Part shown: one piece after another, positions 18,561 to 27,718 of the stretch
Position numbering within the stretch: the stretch's first letter is position 1
Layout of the letters: each line of letters begins with the position of its first letter
From: Caedimonas varicaedens
GTDB lineage: Bacteria; Pseudomonadota; Alphaproteobacteria; Caedimonadales; Caedimonadaceae
Assembly (NCBI GenBank): GCA_001192655.1
Contig: BBVC01000074.1
Span: 1-32,000 of the forward strand
Reading direction: 5' to 3'
DNA length: 32,000 nucleotides
Position numbers and translations under genes: made by a program
The notes under the pieces: model-generated
Seen by the model: only the letters and a program-made list of their open reading frames with translations
Told to the model about the DNA's origin: nothing
Database searches by the model: none

Positions 18561-19106
18561 TTAAATCGCACGAACTTCTTCAATCTCAGGAATATAGTGT
18601 TTCAACATATTCTCAATCCCTGATTTTAAAGTTGCGGATGAACTGGGACAGCCAGAGCAAGCTCCCTGCATCTGGAGATAAACAATACCATTTTCAAATC
18701 TTTGGAACACGATATCTCCACCATCCATGGCAACAGCAGGACGGACACGGGTCTCCAAAAGCTCTTTAATTTCCTGTTCAATCTCGCTCAGTTCCTCATG
18801 GGAAGAAAATCCTTCTTCTTCTCGAACAGAGACATGGTCATGAACCATGAAATATTCCATAATTGATCCCAAAATAGACGGCTTAAGAACCGCCCAAGAT
18901 GAAGTCTCATTTTTGGTCACCGAGATAAAATCACTCCCAAAAAATACATTCCTGACATCCTGAATACTAAAAATTTTTTGTGCCAGAGGAGCACGTCGAG
19001 AAGATTCGAATGTAGGAAAATCAGCAGTCCCTGAAACCATAACAACCTTGCCAGGCAGAAACTTAAGGGTCGCAGGATTCGGCGTTTCTTCAGTTTGAAT
19101 GAACAT
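18561..19106 (-). CDS. NifU/Nfu-type Fe-S cluster scaffold or carrier (Nfu_N plus NifU C-terminal domain)
   Basis: QTEETPNPATLKF N-domain and GACSGCPSS CxxC motif. 181 aa. Confidence 0.88.
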   Translation of the reverse strand: MFIQTEETPNPATLKFLPGKVVMVSGTADFPTFESSRRAPLAQKIFSIQDVRNVFFGSDFISVTKNETSSWAVLKPSILGSIMEYFMVHDHVSVREEEGFSSHEELSEIEQEIKELLETRVRPAVAMDGGDIVFQRFENGIVYLQMQGACSGCPSSSATLKSGIENMLKHYIPEIEEVRAI

Positions 19107-19230
19107 CGCTGTCCTCTTTCAAAAGCTGTGATCCATCTCCATACTGAGGATTATGGATGAATAATGTTTAATGTCAATCTTTATAAAACCTCTTTATGGA
19201 TAAATCAATCCCAAAAATTTCTTATTTTTT

Positions 19231-19283
19231 TAAAAGTAAAAATCTTCTTTTCTATCTTTTTAATAAAAGTAAAAATTTTCTAT
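19231..19283. repeat. Two direct copies of an A/T-rich motif (TAAAAGTAAAAAT..TTCTAT) spaced 33 nt apart, in the nfu upstream region
   Basis: Copy 1 is 19231..19255, taaaagtaaaaatcttcttttctat. Copy 2 is 19264..19283, taaaagtaaaaattttctat. They lie in a 304-nt AT-rich intergenic region. Confidence 0.5.
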
Positions 19284-19410
19284 ATATTGAAGGCTAATTT
19301 TTAATTAAAGATAGACTTAAAGAAAACCCATCAATATTCTATATAAAACTTGGTAATATTATAATTTTTTGCCAAAAATACAAACTATTGAATCTTTTAA
19401 TTTCTTGAGA

Positions 19411-20172
19411 TTAAAGAGTGAGCCCCAATCCATGACGAAGGATATCGTCAGCATCTTGCGTCAGACGATTATCCTGGTCATGAATCAAAAGTCCCTGAGA
19501 AAGGCGCGTAGGCCCAAAAGTATTCTTACGTCCCTGAATGATGACTCTTTTGGCATCTTTCCCCAAACCAGGCCAAAGAGGAAAAACAATAATATCTCCC
19601 ATTTTGCCATTCATAAGAGCCAATAATGTATCAAGGCGATCGGCCCGATGAATAAAGGTAACTGTCCCCTTAGGGCGGGCCATAAGATGACAGAAGTTGA
19701 CCCAATCAGCCAATGTCGCTTCTGATTCAGTATTGGATAGACCTTTTGAGGGTATTTTAGAAAGTGTCGTTTTTGCCAGTTCATGATAGGGAGGATTTGC
19801 CATGACATGATGATAGGATCCCGCCGCGATACGGGGCGGGAAACGCAAAAGGTTACCATTAATGACTTCCAGATAATCCTGATGATGATTGACACGAATA
19901 TTTTTCGACGCCAGAGACGCAAGTTCGCGTTGCATCTCTAGTCCTAGAATTTGTATATCTTTTAAGCGCTTGGCAAGGCAAAGCATGGCGGCTCCCACAC
20001 CTGTGCCAACATCCAAAATGCTCTCGCTGTTTTTCGCCGGAATAGCTGCAGCTAAAAATATGGGGTCAATAGCGACACGGTACCCCTCTTTGGGTTGCTC
20101 AAGAATAACGCAGCCATTTAATAAAGTATCAGTTGTGGTTATCATTCCAAACCTGCTAAATTGCTCATTCAA
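19411..20172 (-). CDS. SAM-dependent N6-adenine methyltransferase, tRNA1(Val) m6A37 (YfiC/TrmN6)-like
   Basis: SAM motif LDVGTGVGA and catalytic NPPY (VMANPPYHE). 253 aa. Confidence 0.7.
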   Translation of the reverse strand: MNEQFSRFGMITTTDTLLNGCVILEQPKEGYRVAIDPIFLAAAIPAKNSESILDVGTGVGAAMLCLAKRLKDIQILGLEMQRELASLASKNIRVNHHQDYLEVINGNLLRFPPRIAAGSYHHVMANPPYHELAKTTLSKIPSKGLSNTESEATLADWVNFCHLMARPKGTVTFIHRADRLDTLLALMNGKMGDIIVFPLWPGLGKDAKRVIIQGRKNTFGPTRLSQGLLIHDQDNRLTQDADDILRHGLGLTL

Positions 20173-20257
20173 GAGTTGAAACTAAGTTGTCACTTTAGCG
20201 TACTCGGCTCTGAATGAATAGAATTAAAAATAATTTAGTGTTTTGGAGAATTTTTAA

Positions 20258-21280
20258 ATGTCCGTAAAGCCCCATCAGTGGATGGATGATGCCCAGAATT
20301 CAAAGCCCAGTTTAAGTTCTCTTTTAACTCTCGTTGAAGAAGATCTGAAGGCGGTCAATGAGCTTGTTATCAAACGCATGCAAAATCCTGTTGAGCTTAT
20401 TCCTGAATTAGCAAGGCATTTGATTGCCTCTGGCGGCAAGCGCATTCGACCTTTGTTAACACTTGCCTCAGCAAGGCTTTGCACCTATGAAGGCTCACAC
20501 CATATTACACTGGCAGCGTGTGTTGAATTTATCCATTCTGCAACATTGCTCCATGATGACGTCATCGATGAAAGCAGTATGCGTCGAGGTGTTGTTTCTG
20601 CTCATGAAATCTGGGGGAATCAGGCAAGTGTCCTGGTCGGTGATTTTCTTTTCAGCCGCGCTTTCCAGCTTATGGTTGAGGTAGGATCGCTTGATATTTT
20701 GTCAATTCTTTCAAATGCTTCGGCAACGATTGCCCAGGGAGAAGTTCTTCAATTGCTGACATCTCAAAATCTGGAGACGACACACGAGAAATATCTTCAG
20801 GTAATCTCCTCCAAAACCGCTAAACTTTTTGAAGCTGCCGCTGAAATTGGCGCTGTTTTAGGAAAACGTACAGATCAGGAAAGAGAGGCGTTGGCTTCTT
20901 TTGGCCGAAATATAGGAATTGCATTCCAATTAGTAGATGATGTCCTGGACTATGGCACGCATAAGATAAAATTTGGAAAAAATGTGGGGGATGATTTTAA
21001 GGAAGGGAAAATAACTCTTCCCGTCGTATGGGCTTTTGAACATGGGTCCATTGAAGAGAAAAAGTTTTGGCAACGGACTCTTGGTGATTTGAATCAAAAA
21101 GAGGGAGATTTGAATCAGGCCATTGCCTATATGATGAAACACAAGGCTCTTGAGAAAACTCTTGAGAGCGCCGGCACCTATGCCCGGGAAGCACAAAATC
21201 AACTGCAAATCTTTCCTCTTACACCTGTACGGGCAGCCCTAGAAGAATTAACATGTTTCGTAGTCAGTCAGGCTCTTTGA
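20258..21280 (+). CDS. ispB: Polyprenyl (octaprenyl) diphosphate synthase
   Basis: Asp-rich motifs LHDDVIDES and LVDDVLDY. 340 aa. GGAGAA SD. Confidence 0.9.
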   Translation: MSVKPHQWMDDAQNSKPSLSSLLTLVEEDLKAVNELVIKRMQNPVELIPELARHLIASGGKRIRPLLTLASARLCTYEGSHHITLAACVEFIHSATLLHDDVIDESSMRRGVVSAHEIWGNQASVLVGDFLFSRAFQLMVEVGSLDILSILSNASATIAQGEVLQLLTSQNLETTHEKYLQVISSKTAKLFEAAAEIGAVLGKRTDQEREALASFGRNIGIAFQLVDDVLDYGTHKIKFGKNVGDDFKEGKITLPVVWAFEHGSIEEKKFWQRTLGDLNQKEGDLNQAIAYMMKHKALEKTLESAGTYAREAQNQLQIFPLTPVRAALEELTCFVVSQAL

Positions 21281-21287
21281 TTCCTTA

Positions 21288-21316
21288 TTGACAGAGTCAT
21301 TGAAAAATCCTATATA
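21288..21316 (+). promoter_or_regulatory. Near-consensus sigma70-type promoter for the rpmH operon
   Basis: TTGACA (21288..21293), a 17-nt spacer, then TATATA (21311..21316). AAGGAG SD at 21338..21343, 9 nt before the rpmH GTG. Confidence 0.6.
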
Positions 21317-21352
21317 AAAACCCAAAGTATAGAAGTCAAGGAGTCCTAACGC

Positions 21353-21487
21353 GTGAAAAGAACATATCAACCCAGCCAGCTTGTACGCAAGCGTCGTCAT
21401 GGTTTTCGTGCCCGCATGCAAACCGTAGGCGGACGTAGAGTTATTGCTGCTCGCCGCTCTAAAGGGCGGGCGCGTCTTTCGGCATAA
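21353..21487 (+). CDS. rpmH: 50S ribosomal protein L34
   Basis: Not in the ORF track because it is under 60 aa. GTG start. Translation [44 protein letters not shown] is a textbook L34. Confidence 0.95.
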   Translation: MKRTYQPSQLVRKRRHGFRARMQTVGGRRVIAARRSKGRARLSA

Positions 21488-21493
21488 CAAACC

Positions 21494-21877
21494 CTGACTT
21501 TATATTCTCTTAAAAAACGACGTGACTTTAAGCGTCTTCAAAAAGAAGGCGTGAAGTGGGTGGCGCCTTCCTTTATTTTACAGATGACTTCTTCGGAAAT
21601 TCAGGAAAAAAGAATTGGTTATATTGTAACGCGCAAAATAGGTTCCGCTGTAACCCGCAATCGGGTACGGCGAAGACTTAAGGAAGCGGTTCGCCATGTA
21701 TTTCCTGCGCAAATTACTGAGGGGCAGGATTATATTTTGATTGCAAGAGAGAACGCTCTGACGCAAAATTTTTCCGAATTGGAAAAAGATTTGCTTTGGT
21801 CTTTACGTCATGTTCAACGCCTTGATCGCGAGAAGCAAGATCGAAACAAGCCAGCCGCGGATAAAATACATGTATAA
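21494..21877 (+). CDS. rnpA: RNase P protein component; the start codon is uncertain (CTG 21494 or GTG 21551)
   Basis: [25 protein letters not shown] is the RNR motif. The conserved N-terminal [15 protein letters not shown] is encoded upstream of the first canonical start (GTG 21551). The only near-cognate codon after the rpmH stop is CTG 21494. Confidence 0.8.
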   Translation: MTLYSLKKRRDFKRLQKEGVKWVAPSFILQMTSSEIQEKRIGYIVTRKIGSAVTRNRVRRRLKEAVRHVFPAQITEGQDYILIARENALTQNFSELEKDLLWSLRHVQRLDREKQDRNKPAADKIHV

Positions 21878-22094
21878 AAAGTTTTGGCGAGGATTATTCC
21901 AGATCTATAAAAAGGGTATTTCTCCCTTTCTGCCTTCTGCATGTCGCTACTTCCCAACATGTTCAGAATATGCTTATATAGCCACTCAAAAACATGGCTT
22001 TTGGAAGGGAGGATGGCTTTCTTTGAAAAGAATTTTAAGATGTCACCCCTGGGGATCCTCGGGTATTGACTATCCGCCAGATGTTCTCTCTTAA
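21870..22094 (+). CDS. yidD: Membrane protein insertion efficiency factor YidD
   Basis: 74 aa from ATG 21870. [19 protein letters not shown] and RCHPW motifs. Overlaps the rnpA stop by 8 nt. Confidence 0.9.
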   Translation: MYKKFWRGLFQIYKKGISPFLPSACRYFPTCSEYAYIATQKHGFWKGGWLSLKRILRCHPWGSSGIDYPPDVLS

Positions 22095-22106
22095 AAAATG
22101 TAAAGT

Positions 22107-23849
22107 TTGGATAAAATTATGGATCGAGACGAAAAACGAAATTTATGGATTGCCTGCACTCTTTCTGCATGTATTTTTTTGGGTTGGAATTATTTTTTCG
22201 ATCAACCTAAAAAAATTGCTTTACCGAAGGAAACAGCCTCTGTTGCACAGACACTGAATACCCCTTCTGCCGTAGCGGCTGCAGTTTCCCTGACGCGAGA
22301 AGATGCCTTAAAGGAAACGCACCGTATTCGCATTGATACGCCTGAGCTTAAAGGCTCCATCAACTTGAAAGGTGCAAAAATTGATGATTTAGCGCTCAAA
22401 AATTATCACCTCACCGTTGATCCCCAAAGCCCCAATGTAGAATTACTTGAACCCCAAGGGACAAAGCACGCCTATTACTCAGAATTTGGATGGCTGAGTG
22501 AAAAGAAATCTATGAACTTGCCCGATACTTCTACTATCTGGACAGCCAATAATACTCTTTTAACACCGACAACACCGGTGACCTTACGATCAGAAAATGC
22601 CCAGGGCATTGTCTTCGAAAAAACAATTTCTGTGGATAAAAAGTATCTCTTTACGATTACTCAAAGGGTTTATAATCATTCTGCGGAAGATCTTCCCCTG
22701 CAATGCTATGGACTCATAGGACGGCATGGAACACCCGAAACGCAAGGCTTTTTTATTCTCCATGAAGGACCTATTGGTTTTTTGAATGATAAGCTGGTCG
22801 AAGTAACCTACAAGGATTTGCAGAAATCTCCTGCACTTCAGGATACAGTAGGCGGTTGGCTTGGCATGACTGACAAATACTGGTTGACCGCACTGATTCC
22901 TGACCAGAAAGAAGGTCTTAAAACAGGGTTTCGTGAAACAGGGGGTGCGGGACAAGAGCATTATCAAGCTGATTTCATGACAGCGACTCATGTCGTTAAG
23001 CCAGGAGAAACTTTTGACCATACAAGTTCTTTCTTTGCAGGCGCTAAAGTTCTTGAAGTTCTTGATGGCTATGAAGAAACGTTGGGCGTAAAACATTTCG
23101 ACAAGGCTGTTGATTTTGGCTGGTTCTATTTCTTGACCAAGCCTATTTTCTATATCCTGACCTGGACACATGAGTGGCTTGGCAATTTTGGGCTGGCAAT
23201 TATGTTGCTCACTGTTCTGCTGAAGCTTGCTTTTTTTCCTCTCGCCAACAAGTCCTATCGTTCGATGGGACGGATGAAAAAACTTCAGCCTGAGATGGAA
23301 AAGATCCGCGCTCGATATAGTGAGGACAAACTGAAAATGAATCAGGAAGTCATGGAATTGTATAAACGCGAAAAAGTAAATCCCATGGCGGGGTGTTTAC
23401 CTATGTTTGTCCAGATTCCTGTTTTCTTTGCTCTCTATAAGGTGCTGTTCATTTCTATTGAAATGCGCCAGGCTCCTTTTTATGGCTGGATTCACGATTT
23501 ATCCGTGCCTGACCCTACGTCGATTTTTAACCTTTTTGGATTGATTCCCTGGACTCCCCCGACTTTCCTAATGCTTGGCGCCTGGCCTCTTGTGATGGGA
23601 ATCACGATGTTTGTCCAGCAAAGGCTGAACCCTCCCCCCGCTGACCCTATGCAGGCAAAAGTATTTGCGCTGATGCCGATCCTTTTTACCTATATGCTTG
23701 CATCGTTTCCGGCAGGACTCGTCATCTATTGGACATGGAATAATATCCTGACAATCGCTCAACAATGGACGATGATGAGACTGGATGACCAGCGTCCTCA
23801 ATCTGTAAAATCCGCAAAAAATTTGAAACCCAAGAAAAAAATAAAGTGA
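22107..23849 (+). CDS. yidC: Membrane protein insertase YidC
   Basis: N-terminal TM helix, a large periplasmic domain, and the C-terminal insertase core (FPLANKSYRSMGRMKKLQPEM, GCLPMFVQIPVFFALY). The start is TTG 22107 or ATG 22119. Confidence 0.95.
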   Translation: MDKIMDRDEKRNLWIACTLSACIFLGWNYFFDQPKKIALPKETASVAQTLNTPSAVAAAVSLTREDALKETHRIRIDTPELKGSINLKGAKIDDLALKNYHLTVDPQSPNVELLEPQGTKHAYYSEFGWLSEKKSMNLPDTSTIWTANNTLLTPTTPVTLRSENAQGIVFEKTISVDKKYLFTITQRVYNHSAEDLPLQCYGLIGRHGTPETQGFFILHEGPIGFLNDKLVEVTYKDLQKSPALQDTVGGWLGMTDKYWLTALIPDQKEGLKTGFRETGGAGQEHYQADFMTATHVVKPGETFDHTSSFFAGAKVLEVLDGYEETLGVKHFDKAVDFGWFYFLTKPIFYILTWTHEWLGNFGLAIMLLTVLLKLAFFPLANKSYRSMGRMKKLQPEMEKIRARYSEDKLKMNQEVMELYKREKVNPMAGCLPMFVQIPVFFALYKVLFISIEMRQAPFYGWIHDLSVPDPTSIFNLFGLIPWTPPTFLMLGAWPLVMGITMFVQQRLNPPPADPMQAKVFALMPILFTYMLASFPAGLVIYWTWNNILTIAQQWTMMRLDDQRPQSVKSAKNLKPKKKIK

Positions 23850-24490
23850 CCGCTGATTACGACATTCGAAAGCTCTTTTTTGTTTCTCCTCAATTTTTGC
23901 TCGGAGTCACAACGTTAAAGGATTTACCCTCTATAGGGCTTCCTGAAATTGCTTTTGCAGGGCGATCAAATGTAGGAAAATCCAGTTTGATTAATGCACT
24001 GTTCAATCGAAGCGATGTTGCACGAATATCCAATACACCAGGACGAACGCAGCAATTAAATTTTTTTCAGCTACAGGATTTCTTGATCCTCGTGGATTTG
24101 CCTGGATATGGCTATGCACAAGCTTCAAAGAAAATTGTTGATGCCTGGAATAATCTGCTTCGTGCTTACTTAAAAGGACGCCCAACCCTAAAACGTGTTT
24201 ATATTTTGATTGATAGCCGCCATGGGCTTAAGGAAAATGACTTAGAAATGATGGAAATGCTTGATAAGGCTGCTGTCTCTTACCAACTTGTCTTGACAAA
24301 AATAGATCAGAGAAGTCGTGTTCCTCTCTCTTCTATTTATGAGGGAATTTCTCGTGATCTTGCCAAACGTCCTGCGGCCCACCCTGAACTTTTAGTCACA
24401 AGCTCACGAACCAAACAAGGAATAGAAGACGTACAAAAAGCAATCTACACTCTTGCTTTTAACAAGGAAATTACGAATGATGGATTATAG
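23846..24490 (+). CDS. engB: Ribosome biogenesis GTPase EngB/YihA
   Basis: G1 GRSNVGKSS, G3 DLPGYG, G4 TKID. The GTG start overlaps the yidC TGA (GTGA). Confidence 0.93.
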   Translation: MTADYDIRKLFFVSPQFLLGVTTLKDLPSIGLPEIAFAGRSNVGKSSLINALFNRSDVARISNTPGRTQQLNFFQLQDFLILVDLPGYGYAQASKKIVDAWNNLLRAYLKGRPTLKRVYILIDSRHGLKENDLEMMEMLDKAAVSYQLVLTKIDQRSRVPLSSIYEGISRDLAKRPAAHPELLVTSSRTKQGIEDVQKAIYTLAFNKEITNDGL

Positions 24491-25061
24491 AAAACATAAA
24501 AGGGGTTCATCGGTGAAGTATATTCTTTTTATCTCAAGCGTTGTTTTGAGTTTATGTTGGTCTGCCATCGCAAAAGATAAGGAGATTCAAAAAGAAAATT
24601 ATCCAAAAAAAATAGGAGAATTTGGCGATTGGCGTGCTTTTGTGTCTCAAAAGAATGGCAAGAAAATCTGTTATATGGTGAGTTTCCCCACAAAACAAAA
24701 GGGGCGCTATAAAAAAAGAGGGAAACCTTATTTTATGGTGACACATCGACCAAAAGACAAAAGCTATAATGTTGTCAGCGTCCACGCAGGATACCGATTT
24801 TTGAAAGACAGCAAGCCCACAATTATCATAGCCGCAGGCGAAACGGAAAAAGAGTTTGAGCTTTTTGTAGAAGGTGAATCTGCTTGGGCGCCTTCAGATG
24901 ACGTTGACCAAGCGCTAACGAAAATGATGACGAAAACAGGTGAAAGTCTAACTGTTAAAGGTGAATCATTCAAGGGGTCAAAAATAACGGATACATATTC
25001 CCTGAAAGGGTCTCTTTCAGCCTATAAGGTGATTTCTCAGGAATGTGGACTTACTCCCTGA
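24477..25061 (+). CDS. Secreted IalB-like (invasion-associated locus B family) protein; the family call is tentative
   Basis: Signal peptide KYILFISSVVLSLCWSAIA then KD. WRAFV...CYMVSFP and the C-terminal YSLKGSLSAYKVISQECG resemble the IalB family pattern from memory. The ATG lies inside the last codons of engB. Confidence 0.5.
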   Translation: MMDYRKHKRGSSVKYILFISSVVLSLCWSAIAKDKEIQKENYPKKIGEFGDWRAFVSQKNGKKICYMVSFPTKQKGRYKKRGKPYFMVTHRPKDKSYNVVSVHAGYRFLKDSKPTIIIAAGETEKEFELFVEGESAWAPSDDVDQALTKMMTKTGESLTVKGESFKGSKITDTYSLKGSLSAYKVISQECGLTP

Positions 25062-25079
25062 CAAAAGAGGAGAGAAAGT

Positions 25080-26078
25080 CTAATTTTTTAAAAAACCCAC
25101 AAGCTCCTGAATTTCGCTCAAATTTTTTTCTGAAATTTCCTGTGCCTGTTCCTTTCCTTCTCTGAGACAAAGATCAAGCATATGGGGGTCTTTAAGAAGC
25201 CTTAAAATGTCTTCTCGTATAGGATTTAAGACACTTACAATTAACTCGGTCAGAGCTGGTTTAAAAATTGAAAAGGGGGCTTCTGCAAAATCTTTCAAAA
25301 CATCTGGAACAGTTTTGTTAGCCAACGCACCATAAATTGTCACTAAGTTTTGAGCTTCTGGCCTGTTTTCAAGCTCTTTGACATCATAAGGCAAAGGGTT
25401 AGGGTCTGTTTTGGCTTTACGGATTTTGAGAGCAATTGTCTCTGCATCGTCGAGTAAATGAATGCGTGAAAAGTCAGACGGATCGGATTTGCTCATTTTT
25501 CTTGTCCCATCTCGCAGGCTCATAACACGGGGAGCTGGTCCCTGAATCAGGGGTTCGGGCAAAGGAAAGTGATCAACATTAAAATATCGATTGAAAGCAC
25601 CAGCAATATCACGCGTGAGTTCAAGGTGTTGTTTCTGATCCTCTCCTACAGGAACATGAGTTGCCTTATAGATTAAAACATCCGCCGCCATCAGGACAGG
25701 ATAGGCATACAGACCCAAACAAGCCTGTTCACGATTCTTTCCTGCCTTATCCTTGAACTGCGTCATGCGATTAAGCCACCCAAGAGGTGTAAAACAGCTT
25801 AAAATCCAGGAAAGTTCACTATGTGCAGAGACTTGACTTTGTATAAAAAGTGTACTTTTTTTCGGATTAATTCCTGAGGCAATAAGACTCGCAACCGCTT
25901 CTCGTGTTGCTTGGCGTAAAAGACCGGGATCCTGCGGGATTGTGATAGCGTGCAGGTCGACAATACAAAATAAACAATTGTTGTTGTCTTGCATGGGAAC
26001 CCAGTTTTTTATGGCGCCCAAATAATTTCCCAAGGTTAAATTACCTGAAGGCTGAATACCGGAAAAAACACGACTCAT
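25080..26078 (-). CDS. trpS: Tryptophanyl-tRNA synthetase
   Basis: [18 protein letters not shown]-terminus and KMSKS. 332 aa. Confidence 0.96.
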   Translation of the reverse strand: MSRVFSGIQPSGNLTLGNYLGAIKNWVPMQDNNNCLFCIVDLHAITIPQDPGLLRQATREAVASLIASGINPKKSTLFIQSQVSAHSELSWILSCFTPLGWLNRMTQFKDKAGKNREQACLGLYAYPVLMAADVLIYKATHVPVGEDQKQHLELTRDIAGAFNRYFNVDHFPLPEPLIQGPAPRVMSLRDGTRKMSKSDPSDFSRIHLLDDAETIALKIRKAKTDPNPLPYDVKELENRPEAQNLVTIYGALANKTVPDVLKDFAEAPFSIFKPALTELIVSVLNPIREDILRLLKDPHMLDLCLREGKEQAQEISEKNLSEIQELVGFLKN

Positions 26079-27661
26079 ATGGTTACACTTTCTCGCTTGT
26101 AAGGTACAACTTTATCTTGGCGGAATTGACGTTGAAAGTCTTTTAAATCGAAAGCGCCTGTTAATTTGGAAAGGGCAAAAAATCCGAAAATTCCGCCCCC
26201 CACTAGAAAGAAAATCATCCCCAACTGTAAAAAGAACGTACCTTCTGCTAATGCGTCTACCGACACCTTCCTTAAGAACAGAATTAAAAAAGCCGTTAAA
26301 AAACTTGAAAGAGCAATACGTGGTAAAAAACGCCGGAAACGGTTATTAAATTCCAGAACTCCCCGACGCCATAAAATAATGCCCAATAAGGCCGCATTCA
26401 TCCAGGCAGAAACAGCTGTGGCAAGAGCAATGCCAACGTGCTGAAGAGAGTTAAGCAAAGAAAGGCTAATAGCAATATTCAGGATAACTGAAAATACAGC
26501 AATCATGACAGGTGTTTTTGTATCTTCTCGAGCAAAAAAGCTGGTTGTAAAAATTTTAATCAGAATATAGGCAGGAAGCCCTGCGGCCAAAGCCATCAGA
26601 GTTCTTGCCGTGGGTAATGTTGAAGCACTATCAAACGCGCGATGTTCATAAATAAGTTTGATCAGAGGTTCTGCCAAAATGATTAAACCCAATGTCGCGG
26701 GGAGAGTGAAAAGGAGTGTGTATTCCAGAGCTAAATTTTGACTTTCCCGTGCTCCCGAAAAATCCTGGGCGCGAATTTGTTTGGAAAGAAGGGGAAGCAG
26801 AGCTGTACCAACGGCTGTTCCCAAAACACTTAGGGGAAGCTGGCTTAAACGATCTGCGTAGTGAATATAAGAAACACCCCCGGTAGGAAGCAAGGATGCA
26901 ATGAGAGTATCAATAAATATGCTGAGCTGAATAACGCCTGATCCCGCAGCGGCAGGCGCTAGTAATTTGAAAAATTTTTTGATTTGAGGCGTCCATCGAA
27001 GTTTAATCCAGGACAAAACAATCCCCTGACGCGCAAGCGGAATAATAACCCACAAAAGTTGCACGATGCCGCACGCTAAAATTCCAAAGGAAAAAGCATC
27101 GCCTATCTCCATATTTGTTCCCCACAACAAACCATAAACAGTCAAAATAATGGCAATATTTCCCATCATGGGAGAAGACGCAACTGCCGCAAATTTCTCA
27201 TAAGAATTCAAAATACCGCTGTAAAGTGCCGTAAGGGAAATCAAAAAAATAAAGGGAAACGTGATACGACTGAATTCAATCGCCAGCGCCATCCGCTCAG
27301 GCGTTGCTCTAAACCCTGGCACAAAGACAGGCATCAGCGTAGGAAGAAAAAGTTCGATAAGGATCACGAGCCCTAGTGAAATCAAGGTAAGAATCGCCAG
27401 AATTTCTTCTGCAAGAGATTTTGCCTTGTTTTCTCCTTCTGTCGCAAGGGTTCCTGAAAACAAAGGCACGAAAGCGGCATTCATGGCGCCTTCCGCTAAA
27501 ATACGGCGAAAAACAGAGGGAAGCTTAAGAGCAATAATAAAAGCATCAGAAACTGCACCAGCACCCAATAAAGAAGCCATCAGCATTTCCCGACAAAACC
27601 CTGTAACGCGGCTGCCAATGGTGAATCCCCCGACAGTGGCAATAGAGCGTAATAATTTCAT
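26075..27661 (-). CDS. murJ: Lipid II flippase MurJ (copy adjacent to trpS)
   Basis: From ATG 27661, [25 protein letters not shown]...[24 protein letters not shown] parallels E. coli MNLLKSLAAVS...SRVLGFARD...FKLPNLLRRIFAEGAF. YADRL motif present. About 14 TM-like segments. The stop overlaps the trpS ATG (ATGA). Confidence 0.9.
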   Translation of the reverse strand: MKLLRSIATVGGFTIGSRVTGFCREMLMASLLGAGAVSDAFIIALKLPSVFRRILAEGAMNAAFVPLFSGTLATEGENKAKSLAEEILAILTLISLGLVILIELFLPTLMPVFVPGFRATPERMALAIEFSRITFPFIFLISLTALYSGILNSYEKFAAVASSPMMGNIAIILTVYGLLWGTNMEIGDAFSFGILACGIVQLLWVIIPLARQGIVLSWIKLRWTPQIKKFFKLLAPAAAGSGVIQLSIFIDTLIASLLPTGGVSYIHYADRLSQLPLSVLGTAVGTALLPLLSKQIRAQDFSGARESQNLALEYTLLFTLPATLGLIILAEPLIKLIYEHRAFDSASTLPTARTLMALAAGLPAYILIKIFTTSFFAREDTKTPVMIAVFSVILNIAISLSLLNSLQHVGIALATAVSAWMNAALLGIILWRRGVLEFNNRFRRFLPRIALSSFLTAFLILFLRKVSVDALAEGTFFLQLGMIFFLVGGGIFGFFALSKLTGAFDLKDFQRQFRQDKVVPYKRESVTI

Positions 27662-27718
27662 TTTAAAATAACCTTGCTCTCTATTTATCATTCGATTTTT
27701 TGTCTATAGGATATTTTA

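Noticed and set aside
21281-22640. The rpmH-rnpA-yidC neighbourhood as a replication origin.
   Set aside because: There is no dnaA or dnaN here. I found only isolated DnaA-box-like 9-mers (TGTGGATAA at 22632..22640 inside yidC, and TTATCCATA at 61..69) and no cluster. Alphaproteobacterial origins are usually elsewhere.
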